DNA of 64,000 nucleotides from Paraspadella gotoi. Taxonomy: Eukaryota; Animalia; Chaetognatha. Shown here piece after piece: positions 40,779 through 54,881 of the stretch. The position numbers were made by a program, and so were the translations under genes. The stretch spans positions 2,002,581 through 2,066,580 of the forward strand of contig JBJCIZ010000239.1 of the NCBI GenBank assembly GCA_051294375.1. Reading direction: 5' to 3'. Under the pieces are notes generated by a model, which searched no databases, was not told the DNA's origin, and was given only the letters and a program-made list of their open reading frames with translations. Positions within the stretch are counted from its first letter, which is position 1; each line of letters begins with the position of its first letter.

Positions 40779-41188
40779 CTGTTTGGGGGGGGGGAAGGGA
40801 AGGAAAGGGAAGGGAAAAGGAAAAAGGGAAAGTGAAAATATGGAACGGAGGAAATGTTTTTTTTATACTCAAAATCAGAATAAAAACTTGTAACAATCGA
40901 ATTAAAGAATGATACATATGACATACGGTCTAAAACTTAAATAAGATTGGGTTAAGGATTATATATAATAAAATAATAATTTAAGTTAAGTATTAAATTA
41001 AAAATTGAATTTTATCATTAAGAATCTTAATGCAGCGCTTTCGGTAAATAGTGCCCAACTTCTTTTCAATTCAGATAATTTCATCATTTAAGCAAAAATC
41101 AGTTCAAACCTTTATTTCAATCCCAACCTCAATCCTCGTCCCTAATCCCCTTCCCCGATTCCTAATCGCCAAATTCCCCCCGACCGAC

Positions 41189-41379
41189 CTGGCGCGAAGA
41201 TACAGGCGCCATGACCCTTTCCGTCTGTTCCCGTCCGCCCCTTCCAACACCACGCGGCGCGCGACGCCCGAGCGGGAATCCGGCGCGAGAGCGCGGAGAG
41301 ACCGGCCCGGAATTCGAGGAATCGATCTAGGAGAATTTCCGGTCGCCGAGAAATCGTGACGGCGCACCACGAAGTAGAC
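41189..41379 (-). CDS. LAMC1: Laminin gamma exon 11 (L4 domain; noisy here and in the second copy at ~50130-50306)
   Basis: VYFV.APSRFLGDRKFSYDRFLEFR...VVLEGADG...VMAPIFAQ reconstructed from both copies (cf. YF.AP.KFLG...SY...L.LEG). Confidence 0.82.
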
Positions 41380-41576
41380 CTGAAATTTAGGGGGGGGGGG
41401 GGCGGAACGGAAAAAATTCTGCTAATTTGCATACTTGGAGTTAAGGGGGGGATTTAGGAACGTGTAAGTTTTTATTTTTATCTTTTGAGTTGATGCGAAA
41501 CGAAATATTAAATAAGTATATTGTGTGGGTCGGCAAGAAAATCCGTATTGANNNNNNNNNNNNNNNNNNNNNNNNN

Positions 41577-44500
41577 TGTGTTTTTTTGGCTTAACAAACA
41601 GCAAATCAACTATACCAATATGTGTAAAAAATGGCCGGACAGACAGACATAGGCGATCCAACGAAAAGTGACTTAAGAGTTGCTCCGCGATACTCGCGGT
41701 CAACTAAAAATAGGGAAAACAAAATGAGTAAAGGAGAAAGAAGGGATTGAAAAGAGAAAAGAAGGGGTTGAAACAGAAAAGGATCTGAAAAGAGAAAAGA
41801 AGGTATTGAAAACAGAAAAGGCGATTGAAAACAGAAAGCAGGGATGAAATAGAAAAGAAGGGATTGAAAACAGAAAGAAGGGATTGGAAAAACAGAAAAG
41901 AAGGGATTGAAAACAGAAAGAAGGGATTTAAAAACAGGAAAAGAAGGGATTTGAAACAGAAAGAAGGGATTGAAACAGAGAAAAGAAGGATTTCAAAACA
42001 GACAAAGAATGGATTGAAAACAGCAAAGGGAGATCTATCGTTTCTCAAACTGAACACGGAAAATGAAACGAAACAAGTTTAAACGAGTTGGGAAATCGTT
42101 TTATAACCATGTTACGCGAATATAATATAATATATTTTCATAAAGGAAATTACTTCACTTTAAATTGGTTATTAAATACTTTTTCCAATTAACTTAAAAA
42201 TTTGGCTACAATCAACAGAAAAATCATTTCAATAATACCACCCAAGTTTGACTTTGGTGACTTAAAAATAGGACCATCGGATACTAACACAGTGAAGAGA
42301 CAAGTACTTATATTATTAGATTATTAGAACAGATCCCTGAGCTCGGATTCAGGCTGTATAACCACCGGAATGTTTACAGCGGGTTAGCGCGCCCGTCCCT
42401 CTTAACTGCTAGGCGTACACCGGGATTAGAACCCGGGCACCCTTGGGTTGGGGGCGAATAGACTTGCCTCAGGCCACCAATGGCCGGTGGATGAACGGTT
42501 GGTGGAATATATTTCCACCGATTGATTCTTCGTTGCGTTTGGATAGATAAAATTGATATCTTTTTTTCTCCACAAGCAAAGATCTCTCAGTAGCTCGAAT
42601 AAACAACAGACAAGTTGGCCTTATTTTACACTCTTCATCAGCGTTAAAGTAAACATTATTTAATTTAAAAACTAAACTGATAAGTTTCGACTGTCAGGTT
42701 TAAAGGTTTAATATTTTTAACCAATTTTTTTTTTTCTGTTCCTGTTCTAAATCCCACATTGTTTTTGGACTACGTATGGAGAGACACCCGTGCGTTGCCC
42801 GCGTGGAGTGAAAAGCTTCGACGTCCGCGGAGTCATCGGCTGAGGCAACATCATCGATTAGAGGACCGCCAAAATTATTAGGAGAAGTGGGAGAACAAGG
42901 GAAATAATAATATCACGTCTATTATTTTTACTTTGCCAAATGATTTTAATTGCCTCCTCGCGCGAGGCGAACAATTTTAAACTCCGTTGGGGTTAAATTT
43001 TTTCAACTGCCTTTTTAACTCACGTTTTTCAACATTTTTAAACTTAAACATTTCTCGTCGACTATACTCTGTTTGTTATATTTAAAGACTTAACCAAACG
43101 AGTTCCAAAAAATCTGAGTCATTTAAGAAGGACCAAAGTCAGCCATACGTTGATCTGAAACCAAATTTACAAAGGCTCCAAACTCACTGTCACTCTGGGG
43201 CCAATCCAAGTTGGAATCTGTTAGAATCGGACCCCCTCGTTCAAGATCTATAAGCGATGGAACGATACGAGGTCAGGCTGCGAAAGGAAGATGCTCAACG
43301 GTTGGCTGATAAAAGCTTCGAATTCCTCAATGTTTAACTCACAAGAACTGCTAAAGAGATCGTTCCAAGCTATGTTTTACGAAAGCATTCTCTATTGCAG
43401 CATTATATTAAAAAAATTCTAACAAATGAAAATTAATATTTAAAATAAATATATAGAATAAAGATTCAAGTTAAGGTTTTAGAATAAGGAATAAGACATA
43501 TAAAACATTTAAATTCTCTTTTTAATAATATTTGAAATAAATTATAATACATTTAATTTTAATTTTAAGGATAGAATTTAGCACTTCTGTAAAGATTAGT
43601 TTGACCGCCTGTTTAATTTCTACAAACAGACCTAACATTATATCTTTGTCTATATCAATTTGAGAGATCATAATTATCTCTACCATTTATTTTCTGTTAT
43701 TACACTACCTCGCTCTCATTTTAAAAAGAATCTAAAAAATATATTTGCTTCCTTTAACTTTAAAAGTCGCTCGTATCCGACGGCGTCGCTTCTGATATCT
43801 ATATGTAGGGAAAAATAACTTAAAAGAACAATATGAAAAAACAAATGTGAACACATATATATTTAAAAATTAAAAGCCGATCTTGTTGTAATAACGTTTT
43901 AATATTGCAAAACTAATTTGCTTGGAATGCTTATTACAACTAAAAAAAATCTTTTTTACAAATATTATATCATAAAAAAACGACATTCATAACTAACGAA
44001 ATGATCAATATTAAATCTTATTTACAATAATTAATTTGTCTATTTGTCTCAGCAGTGAGTAGCTGAATTAAAAAAAGCCTGCTACAAGGTAAAAATAAGG
44101 TATTAATAATAACATCGGCATCATAAAAGTAACGTAAACGGTTAATAAAAAAAATTAAAAAAGAACTTCATTATTGGTTAAAGATTTTCTCTATAAAGTC
44201 ATATTACTGAATGTTCAAACAAACATAAGGAGAAAAAATGGATATATAAAAAGTGTTCATTCGTGTATCAATTGAGCACATTCATTGTTTAATTGCTTAA
44301 AATCATTATATCTTTAAACATTGTGTCGTAATTTTAAAGTGTATACCAGTTGCTTACTAATTAGAAAATTAAAAAAAAAAAACAACAAAACTTACATAAT
44401 TCAAACAAACGAGAAAAGTTTCCCGCCTTCTCCACCTTACTACAACCTCCTTGACTAATTCGTAGTAATACGTTAACAGCCTATTAAGTATATATAATGC

Positions 44501-47500
44501 ATTCTCTCCCTCTCTCCCCTTTTTCTAATTCATTTCCCGCCCTCTCTCTTCCCTCTCCTCCCTCCTCCCCTGCCCTGAGCTCTCCTTTATTCTGATCGTT
44601 CTCGATCGACACGTAATTGGGCATTTGCTCCGGCAGCGCCGCTCGAATTCTCCTCCACGTGACCACCTTGCCGCTCCAGCTCGTCGTATTCCCGCTGTAT
44701 GGAGTCGCAATGAGCGTCTCTGTGCTGTCGAGCCGGGCCGATTCATCCCGACAAATACAGGAAAGAGGTCCTCGAGTATCTCGAGAAGCTGTCTGACGGC
44801 GGACTCGGCGGCGTCCAACCTTCTTTCGTCAAGACTCCAACAGCGTCCGGGTCGGCACTTCCCGTCCTTAAGAAATCAAGTGGAATGTCCGAAGCCCAAA
44901 GTCGCTCGGAGGCATCAGGACATTGTCGGCCAACGCGGGCCGGTGTCGGCAGGCGTCGTCCGGCCACGCGAGGGCGTCGTCGGCTCGGGCTGCGTCGGAG
45001 GAGCCGGCAGTCGGCGCTGCCGCGGCCGGAGTTTGACCTCGGTCGCGTGACGACGGATTCGAGAAGAGCTTTTGAAGGTTTTGAGGTAAGGGGATTAATC
45101 GATTGTATTAAATTGTTTTATATATGAAATAAATTATTTATGAATTTATAAGTAAATGGTTTAAAGTATTTTACAAGTTTAATAAATAATAACATTAAAG
45201 CCAATCAAGAGAAACATTTAATTTTTTTCCATGAAATAAACGAAGATTTATAATCTCATTTACATAATAGCAGAAATCTAATAATGAAAATTAAAATCTT
45301 TTAATTAAGGATTATTAAGTAAAATTAGATAAGATTTTTCCACGCAAATATGATAAAAGATAGAAACAAAAAATAAGTAATTAAAAAAAAACACGCAAAG
45401 CCACAATAAACATATTTGACATAATAAAAATAAAGCAACAAAAATAAAGCGCCAAACTTCCCCAACTTCCACCTCCGCCTCTCGACCACCTCCTCCCCCC
45501 TTCCCCCTCGTCTCTACATGTCCTCCACATCTCCCCAAATCTCTCTCCACGGGACCGACGATCACTCTCCGAACTCCAACGAAAAAGCGTCCGGCGAAGG
45601 CGTCTCGGCGTCGCCGCCGCGGTGAGGAGCTCCCGATTAGCGGCCTTGGCCGCGCTTTGGCGTCCTCGAGGCGCGGCGCAACCTCCTAACCCTTCACGCA
45701 CTCGTCGGCTTCGGCCTGGAGTTTCCACGCGGTCGTTGAAGTGTCGCAAGAGTCTCCAGCGTCTCCTCCGCTCCTTCACACGATTCCGTCGGCGGCGGAT
45801 TTTGGCGACTGCGCGGGTGGAAGGCGCTTCCCGCGTCGGCGAGAAGCTCGTAGACCTGTGGGGTTGTGCAGTGGGAGTATGAGGATTGAGCAGTATAAGG
45901 TGGGTGGGGGTCTGAGATGTGATGGATGTAGGAGCTTTGTGATAAATTTTTCTTCGAGTTTATGAAGAATGCTTGGAACAATTACAATTATCATACTGAA
46001 AGGGTACATTAATGTTCCAAAAAATCCCATAATTAGCAAATAAAAAATATAAAAAATAAACAAAAATGAACAAAAAATTAAACAAAATCAAAACAATAAA
46101 AGCTAATAACAAAGCCACAAAAGAGAAAAAATCCCTACCTGCCCCAAAAGCGTAGACTCGTGCTACATCTTTCGGCCACGCCCATTTCGCCTCTCTCCTT
46201 GCAAGCTCCGCGTAATCGCCTTCAATTTCTCCGCCGCCGACGTCACCGCAAGACGCGCTCGTACTCGGCGGCGTCCTTGCGCGATCTCTCCGGCGCTCAC
46301 GGTCGCCGCTCCTGGCGTCGAGAACGGAGCCGCGAATTTTCTCGGCGTCCCGTCCCGCGCCGCCGTTGCTTTATCGAAACCAGCGCCGCAGCGGACCCAG
46401 CACCGTCGCCCGCGAATCCGCGCCGCAGCCTCTCCTTAAGCGCGCAATCACGCCGGACGTCGCCGTTCTTGCTGCAACGCCTCGTCCAACATGGCCGCCG
46501 CCGGAGCGCGACGTGGGCCAAAGCCTCTTCGGCGTCGGCCGACACGTTGGCGGCCTTTGGTTGTTGATGATCGGCGAGATGTCGGGTCTTTAGAGCGATG
46601 GCGGGCCAATTCCGTTCGGCTTCTTCTTCTCGTTCCCTCTGCCACACTTGGCGGTCCCCGGTCGCATCTGCTCCTTCTCCCTCTATCAGCTCGTTCCAGA
46701 TCCTTCAGAAGCTTCTCGATCTCTCAAACGCTTCGTCGACGTCGTCCCTCGTCTTCCTCGCAGCCCTCCAACTTTCTTCGGCCTTCATCGTCTTGTCGGC
46801 CAACATCTCCGCGTCGTCCTTCAACTCCTTCAACGCTTCCTTCAACTCTTTCGCCCGATGCAGCCGACCCTCCTCGGTCGATTCCTCTTCCTCCACCTTC
46901 GTCCTCAACACCTCCAAACATCCCGTCAACTTCCTTCAAAAGATTCTCGAATTGCGTGTCGTTGATATCCACGGGCCAATTTGGGTCCTCCGTGAGCAAA
47001 CGGCGTTTGAATCGCTCCACCGCCTGACGATGGTCGTCGACCTTGTCCCGAATCAGTCGTAACAGGCGCGGACATTCCCTGCACTGCCTTCGATCGTCCT
47101 CAGACCAAACATGTTCTCCGCGCACTGTCGCAACTGGACGCCTTCCACGTTCTCCCGACAGTGCATTGACCGTTGTCCCGGCACTGCGCCGTTTCGCTCC
47201 CTTCCGGATCGCACTTGCAGTCTCGGCATCCGGCGAAGGAGAACCGATAGAATCCGCGGCGCATTGGGCGCAACGCCTGCCGTTGACGCCGCTCTTACAG
47301 GCGCACTGACCAGTCGCCTGATCGCATTCATCTTGAAGAGAACCCGTGGGTCGCAGGAGCAAGGTTGACACCGCGACCCGAGCTAGTTCCAGTAGGCCGG
47401 CGCCGCAGCGATTGCAGCGCCGACCGGAGATCGTGGTCGGCAGGGGCATTTGCCGCTGCGTTGGTCGCAGGAGAGGAAGAGGAGGAAGAAGAGAGAAGAG

Positions 47501-50450
47501 AGGAAGAAGAGATGGTGCCGTTTGGATGGCATTCGCATGGCAAACATTTGCCACCGGAAACGACCGCTTGCCAAGAAAACCGCGGCGCAGCGGTCGCAGT
47601 GAAAACCTGTAAGAAAAAAAAGAGTATCATCATATTATTCATAAACTCCGAATGTTCTTTAAAGAGGAACAAACTCCATCCATGGCTACTAAAGCGCAGT
47701 AAAAATTCTAAATTTAACTTTAATTAAAATCCAAAAGTGAGGAACGAACAATATTAAGCTAATGAACATTTAGTTATAAAAAAAATTTATAATAAATTTT
47801 ACAATTTAAGCAGTAGGACATTTATAGCCTAGTACTAATCCAATAAATTTTAGCATTTCAAAATAGTTTTTTGTAGATTTTTTTTTAAATTTTTGATATA
47901 AAAAAATTTAAAACTTAAGTTGATCAAATATAAAAAGACCTATATTTTAAGTAAAAAATTAAAAATATTATATTAAATATAGTTTTTTAACCCACTTTAT
48001 GTAAGAATTTTTAAAATGATTATATTTTCTTTTATCAATTTTGACAAGAATCTCCAAATATGTAATCAAAAATAGAAAAGCCTATATTTGAAATTTTTCG
48101 ATTTTATAAGATTAATCTATTATATAATAATATTATATTATATTACAAAATTTAAGAATATTAAAATTATTTTTTTTACAAATAATATTCACTGATGGCA
48201 TGTGTTCATAATTGACATTTAGAATTTTGTATATAACTTTCACTACACTCTAATGGCTTACTAAATAGGCTAGAACTCTTATCAGTGACAAACATAAAAA
48301 CAATATGTAGCATTATATTATAGAATAAATTAATCAAAAAATAATAATAAAAAATCCTAAAATTTTCTCTTTTCACTGCCTATGGTCATTGTTTCCTCTC
48401 ACAACATTCATCTCCCAATACGACCACTAACCGACCTCCAGTGTTGCGAATGCACACTTGAGACACTCGCCCGTCGTTCGATCGCAATTGGCGACGCGTT
48501 GGCGTCGATTGTTGCCCGAACATTCGCACGGGCGACACTCGCAGCCCGGACGTCCGATCTCGTCCGTGTTCACGCGGAGGTCGCCGAATGCCCGTCTAAG
48601 GGTTTGGCAAAAGGGGGGGAAAAAAAAGGGGAAAGATGTGCGCGAGTTTTTGGATCGAAACGATTAAATGTAAATTGTAATTCTGGTTTTTTTAATCGTA
48701 ATTTATAACTTCAATTCGTTAATTCATTTCAAAGTTAATTCAATCTTGTGTCATTCGTTTACTATTATTTTTTATACCATTTATTCCTTTCCATAACCAT
48801 AATTTAATATAATCCTCCTAAATTCACTAATTGGTTTAATTCATTTAGCCCCTAGTTCCTCTCTTTTAACTTTCATCCCTTCTCTCTCATTAATTACTAA
48901 CATTCATTCATTCATTCATTCCCAATCTCACCAGCGCAAACGTCGCACCGGGTCCCAGTATATCCTTCGGACAAGCGGTACACACCACGCCCCCGTCGTC
49001 CGGTGCGTCGCGCAAACCCCGCCTCTCGGACAAGGACACTGCGCAATCCTCGGCCGTTCCCCGGAGTTGCGTCGCCGTAGAATCCCGGGCGCGCAACGTT
49101 CGCAGTGTCCGCCGACGGTTGTGTGTCGCAGATGCAGCGTCCCGTCCGAACGTCGCAGTGCGGAGTGAGAGTTACAGGTTGCAAGGGACGAGGGTCAAGG
49201 GTCGTCGTCTTGAGATTGGCGACGAAATCCGGGGGCGCAACTTTCGCAGAATTGACCACGTAGCCGGAGGGACAGGTGCACTGTGGTTTGGATGCGAGGG
49301 ATAACCAAAAAACTGAACAAATTAACAATTGAAAATTAAATTACTAAGACGATGGATTTTATGTTTACTGTTTACAGCGGCAATGAAGTCGGGCAAGTAT
49401 TCGCAAAAAGAAAAAAAAAATGAAAAAAAGTTTTAAAAAACACGAAACGAGACCAAAATAAAACAAAACACTAACCCCCCGTTTTAACCTCACCCCACGA
49501 ACCCCACCCACTCACCTGTTCCACGAACTTTTCCGCTCCCCCTCCGCGCCCCGGTTCGCTCGAGCGGGCCCCTAGCCTCACTTCGTCCACTTCCCCGTCT
49601 TCGCCTCGCTCGTAGTTGGCGCGGATCCGCAGCGCCGTCAGTTGGCCATCAGCGTTGGGAATTGCAGCGCCGACAAGTCGCGCGTCCAGAGAAGTTAGGT
49701 CGCTCGTGAGGCGAACTTGTAGCGGCGCCACTGGTTGGTCGGGAGCGGTGCCCTGTTGGGGTATCGGAAGGGAAGGAAAGGAAGGGAAAAGGGAGAAGGT
49801 GAAATAATTGAGACCGGAGGGAATGTTTTTATATTACTCAAAATCAATAAAACTTGTAACAATCGAATTAAAAGAATGATACATATGACATACGTCTAAA
49901 ACTTAAATTAAAAGTGGGTTAAGGATTATATATAATAAAATAATAATTTAGTTAAGTATTAAATTAAAAATTGAATTTATATAATTAATAAAGAGCGCTT
50001 TCGGTAAATAGTGACCCCAATCAGATAATTTCATCATTGAAGCATCAAAGTTCAAACCTTTATTTCAATCCCAACCTCAATCCCGCCCTAATCCCCTCCC
50101 GATTCCTATCCCACAAATCCCCGACCGACCTGCGCGAAATCGGCGCCATGACCTTCGTTCCCGGTCCGCCCCTTCCAACCACCACCGCGGCGCGCGACGC
50201 CCGCGGGAATCCGGCGCCGAGACGCGGGAGCCGGAATTCGAGGAATCGATCGTAGGAGAATTTCCGGTCGCCGAGAGAAATCGTGACGGCGCACACGAAG
50301 TAGACCTGAAATTTAGGGGGGGGAGGGGCGGAACGGAAAATCTCATTTGCATATTGGAGTTAAGGGGGATTTAGAACGTAAGTTTTATTATCTTTTGACT
50401 TGCGAAACGAATATTAAATAAGTATATTGTGTCGCAGAAAATCGTATTGA
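41577..50450. other. ~8.9-kb error-rich tandem duplicate of 32605-41551 (laminin exons 11-17 and 3' flank); probable assembly overfill or other haplotype
   Basis: Colinear end to end with the block on the other side of the 25-N gap at 41552-41576. Differences are mostly random 1-bp indels in exons and introns alike. Confidence 0.88.
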
Positions 50451-50847
50451 GCTTCGCCTATATTCCATTTTTTCTCGTTCTGTCCCACTCTTCCCCCTCT
50501 CTCTCTTTCTCCCTCCACCTTCATTTCCCCATTCAGTCAAAATTACAGACTTGAGACAACATATATAAGAATATATAATATTATTCGCACAATAGGTCAT
50601 GAGCAAGAAATTATATTTCAACTTTTGATGTCTTTAAGGGCTTTCTCCCGATAAGCTCGTATATAATTTAAATATGTAATCGAAATGTCCTGGTTAAATC
50701 GGACGTGTGCCGATACAAAGTTAAGATAATGTTAATTAATAACGCCTACTTCCTAAGTTGATAGTGAAAACAAAATTAAAATATTATCAATAACAATATT
50801 TAATGAGATACAAATAAAATTGCAACTTGAACCATCATTCGACTCAC

Positions 50848-50962
50848 CGGATCGACCCGCCTCGTCGGCTTCGCCTTCAAAGTCCCCGAAGACGAACTCC
50901 ACTCGACGGGCAACTCGGTCGTCGGGTCCAGTTGATCACCGGCCGTCCATCCCTCCGCCGAT
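50848..50962 (-). CDS. LAMC1: Laminin gamma exon 10 (L4 domain)
   Basis: Encodes SAEGWTAGDQLDPTTELPVEWSSSSGTLKAKPTRRVDP; cag/gtgagt boundaries; phase-consistent with exons 9 and 11. Confidence 0.85.
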
Positions 50963-51321
50963 CTGGGAAGATTAGAATGGATGGCGTGGATTAGAGACAA
51001 TTAAAGTTGCATTTAATAAGATGTCAGAAACGTGTAAGAATTATACGTTGCTTTAGAAAATGTAATTTTGCGATCGTTTATCCATAGCAAAATTGTAATA
51101 AAAAGTAATTTTTCATTATTTTTTTCTTGCTTCAAGTTTATTTAGTTTACTAATTTTCTAATTTACTTAGTTATTTACTTCAGAATTTATTTAGTTAATT
51201 TCTTTAGTTTTTAAAAGGTAAGTGCTTTTTTTTTTGGGCCATAAGACTAAGATTGATACTGGACGACCCTTCCCCCATCCTTAAACCACCCTCGACGATC
51301 CTCTCCAAGTCGCGCGATCAC

Positions 51322-51467
51322 CTGGAGAAGTCGGAGACGTCATCGAAAGCTTCGAATTCTTCGGAGACTCGACATTGAGACGAATGACCGAAGCAGAAGC
51401 ATCTGGCGCACCCGAACTCGTCGTCCAGGCGGAGGTTGAAGTGGCCGGGCTTGCACCTTCCACAATC
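51322..51467 (-). CDS. LAMC1: Laminin gamma exon 9 (LE to L4 boundary)
   Basis: Encodes DCGRCKPGHFNLRLDDEFGCARCFCFGHSSQCRVSEEFEAFDDVSDFS (CFCFGHS motif); cag/gtgatc boundaries. Confidence 0.92.
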
Positions 51468-52023
51468 CTGGAGGTGTAAGAGAGAGGGAGAGAGAAGAGG
51501 TAGTGAGGAATGGTGGGAGGAAAAGACAGACGGAGAGAGGTTGGCAGAGAGGGAGATAAAAAAGGGGAGAGAGACGGGGGGGCAATTTAACCCCTAATTT
51601 AATTAAACGTGTTTTGGGTTTTTTTTCTACAATCCTTGAATTCGTCTTAATTTCGGAATCAGGTTATTTTTTAGGTTAAAGATTATATANNNNNNNNNNN
51701 NNNNNNNNNNNNNNNNNNNNNNNNNNNNNNNNNNNNNNNNNNNNNNNNNNNNNNNNNNNNNNNNNNNNNNNNNNNNNNNNNNNNNNNNNNNNNNNNNNNN
51801 NNNNNNNNNNNNNNNNNNNNNNNNNNNNNNNNNNNNNNNNNNNNNNNNNNNNNNNNNNNNNNNNNNNNNNNNNNNNNNNNNNNNNNNNNNNNNNNNNNNN
51901 NNNNNNNNNNNNNNNNNNNNNNNNNNNNNNNNNNNNNNNNNNNNNNNNNNNNNNNNNNNNNNNNNNNNNNNNNNNNNNNNNNNNNNNNNNNNNNNNNNNN
52001 NNNNNNNNNNNNNNNNNNNNNNN

Positions 52024-52126
52024 TGTTGACGGAGCCTGCGGCGGTGCAGGTGCAGCTTCGGCACCCGGTCGAGGAGAAGTCGAAGTGATTGGGAAGACAG
52101 GTGTCGCACTTGTCGCCTCCGACGCC
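52024..52126 (-). CDS. LAMC1: Laminin gamma exon 8 (partial, runs into N gap)
   Basis: Encodes GVGGDKCDTCLPNHFDFSSTGCRSCTCTAAGSVN, then enters the gap at 51690-52023. Confidence 0.9.
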
Positions 52127-52398
52127 CTTTTGTTTTCGAGGAAAAGGGGAGGGAAGGCAGATGATTGGTCGCTTGATTTAAGATTCTCTGACAAGCGATT
52201 GGTCAAATTTAAGTTTTTTAACACGAGTTAATTTTTTTGGCGGGATAAAAATACTGGAAAAATATTATACGTAAAAGCCTAATATGTTTCAATGAGTTTC
52301 ATTAAAATTACGGCTGAAATTCCAATTCTTAATCAGATTTCAAAGTTTAAATATTTAATGAACTCAGTAAGTTTCAACTGCGTTTCCGACAGCCTTAC

Positions 52399-52532
52399 CT
52401 TCTTGCAGCGGCACCGTCCGCCAACGTCGCACTGACTCGTAACGCTGCCGACGGGATTGCAGTAGCACGGCAGACAGCCGTCGCCCTGCGGGTTCTTGAA
52501 ATAGTCGGCACGGCACTTTTCGCAGTGCGGAC
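52399..52532 (-). CDS. LAMC1: Laminin gamma exon 7 (LE repeats)
   Basis: Encodes GPHCEKCRADYFKNPQGDGCLPCYCNPVGSVTSQCDVGGRCRCKK; tag/gtaagg boundaries; phase matches neighbours. Confidence 0.93.
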
Positions 52533-52969
52533 CTAGGGGNNNNNNNNNNNNNNNNNNNNNNNNNNNNNNNNNNNNNNNNNNNNNNNNNNNNNNNNNNNNN
52601 NNNNNNNNNNNNNNNNNNNNNNNNNNNNNNNNNNNNNNNNNNNNNNNNNNNNNNNNNNNNNNNNNNNNNNNNNNNNNNNNNNNNNNNAGAAAGGAAAGAA
52701 AAAGAGGGAGAGGAAGGGAGACAGAGAGGGTGAAAAAGGGAAAGAGAAAAGAAGGCAAAAAGAGAGAGAGAGGGGAAGGGAGAGACGGAGAAATGGGGAG
52801 AAGGAGTGAGAAAGAGGGAGGCAGAAAAAAAAGAAGGTAAATAAAGACAATTAGCATCATTAATCAATAATCATGTATAAACCCTCCCCCCCAAAAAAAA
52901 TGGTAAATTAGCGATAAAAATTCAAATCCTTTTGGAGAACAAACAATGACAACCCAAGACCAGACTCAC

Positions 52970-53123
52970 CCTCGGTGTTCTTCCCGCAGTCGAGGCATCG
53001 CCCTCCGCTGCCCGTACGATCGTACAATTCCCGATCGAACGTGCAGCGTTGACTGAGTCCGTTGCACTTACAGATTCTGCATTCGTTGGGGTCGGAGGAA
53101 GAGGCCTTGCCCCACGGTCGGTC
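52970..53123 (-). CDS. LAMC1: Laminin gamma exon 6 (LE repeats)
   Basis: Clean 154-nt exon encoding DRPWGKASSSDPNECRICKCNGLSQRCTFDRELYDRTGSGGRCLDCGKNTE; gtgagt donor. Confidence 0.93.
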
Positions 53124-54174
53124 CTTTTTTTTTGGGGGGGGNNNNNNNNNNNNNNNNNNNNNNNNNNNNNNNNNNNNNNNNNNNNNNNNNNNNNNNNNNN
53201 NNNNNNNNNNNNNNNNNNNNNNNNNNNNNNNNNNNNNNNNNNNNNNNNNNNNNNNNNNNNNNNNNNNNNNNNNNNNNNNNNNNNNNNNNNNNNNNNNNNN
53301 NNNNNNNNNNNNNNNNNNNNNNNNNNNNNNNNNNNNNNNNNNNNNNNNNNNNNNNNNNNNNNNNNNNNNNNNNNNNNNNNNNNNNNNNNNNNNNNNNNNN
53401 NNNNNNNNNNNNNNNNNNNNNNNNNNNAAAAAAAAAGCTACTATTCGTGACCTTCCCTTCTCGGCTCACGTCGGCGAAACGTCTTAAAGGGTAACAAGAC
53501 GTGTCCGATAAATATGGCAAAAAAAAAACATCCCAGAACAAAAGCAGTGCCCGTATAAAGGTCCAATTCCATCGCCGTTAACCAACACATTTTCGAAGTT
53601 GTTTTGTTTTTTTTAAACAAAGAGAGAGAGAGTGTTAGCTCGTGAAAGATTTGGAAGATTTCCCGGGTTGACAAAAATTTAAGCCGAAAGAAGTTTGTTT
53701 TTGGTCGTAACTAAAAAATCTAAATTATGAATTTTGGATGTGCCGTCGTTTAAGTATTGAACTATTGGAGTGCCTGTGTTAGGTTTAATGTCGACGCGGG
53801 AACATGTAAGACTCAAAAAAAAGAGAGGAGAGAGAGAAGAGAGAGGAGAGAGGGAGAGAGAGAGAGAGAGAGAGGGTTTCCTTCGGTCAATTGATGCCGA
53901 CGCTTTAAGTCTGGCTCTTTGGAATCCGGCCTGTTGAATTTAAGAATATCGTTTGTTGCGTCGTCCGAAATCGAAGAAAAAGAAAATTAGAAAACAGACG
54001 ACGGAGAGTAGACGTTTTGTGTGAAGTCAAAATCGTTTTATGTTATATAGTAATCTTGCAGTTATCTTCTGTTTCCTTCTATAGTTTATACACCTTGTTT
54101 CACAAAAACTTTTTTGTCCTATTTATCTTTTTTCAAATTTAGGTGAGATCGACCAAGTAAGAGACACGGCTTAA

Positions 54175-54440
54175 AGAGACAGATAGATTATTGTTAATGT
54201 GTTTAGTGATAGAACGTTCAAGGTAGTAAGCAGTCCCTGAGCGTTCGGATCAGGCTCTGTGAAGTCAGCCGATGTTAACAAGGCGGGTTAAGGCGCCCGT
54301 CGCCCTGCTTACACTGCCCAGACGACCACTGGGGCTAGAACCGACGCGACGCTTTGGGTTGCTGGGAGAGGCGAAATGGACTTGCTCCGGCACCAATGGC
54401 GCTGGATGAAGGTTGGTGGATTTTAGTCCCAACATAGCGG
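54175..54440 (-). mobile_element. Second (noisy) copy of the tRNA-related SINE-like element
   Basis: Shares gcagtccctgagc.tcggatcaggct...ggcgggttaag...gggctagaacc...caccaatggc...ggttggtggatttt with 33395-33570 in unrelated flanks. Confidence 0.65.
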
Positions 54441-54881
54441 CCTTTCATCATTTACAGAAGCGTTTATTTTATTTTGTAAATTAAAAGATAAGGTTAGAGG
54501 GTTAGGGTGTTATGGATAACGTTAGGGATAAGGTTAGGGGATTAGTTTAGTGATAAAGTTAGGAAGTAGGGTTAGGGACTAAATTTTAAGATTGGGTTAG
54601 GGTGTTAGAAAATCATGGGAAAGAAGCTAAGGTTTAGATATTAGGTTAGGATTCTGGATTAAATTTACGGATTAGGTTCAAGTTTAAACAAAGAAAATTA
54701 TATAGAGTTAAATATTTAAAATTTTAAAGGAAAAACAAAGCTTTTTGAATTTGTTCTTCTCTAAATATTAAGGCACATGGAAAGAAAGGATTATCACATG
54801 GTATAATTTAAATTGAAAATTAAATTCTTTAGAGAAAAACAAAGTTTTTATTGTGTGTACAACGAATATTAATATGGAGAT

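Noticed and set aside
44529-50306. Second laminin gamma paralogue or pseudogene
   Set aside because: Uniform 1-bp indel noise and adjacency to a 25-N gap point to an assembly duplicate.
54490-54680. True telomere or chromosome-fusion site
   Set aside because: Highly degenerate, short, and similar to the tracts inside the dispersed MITE-like family.
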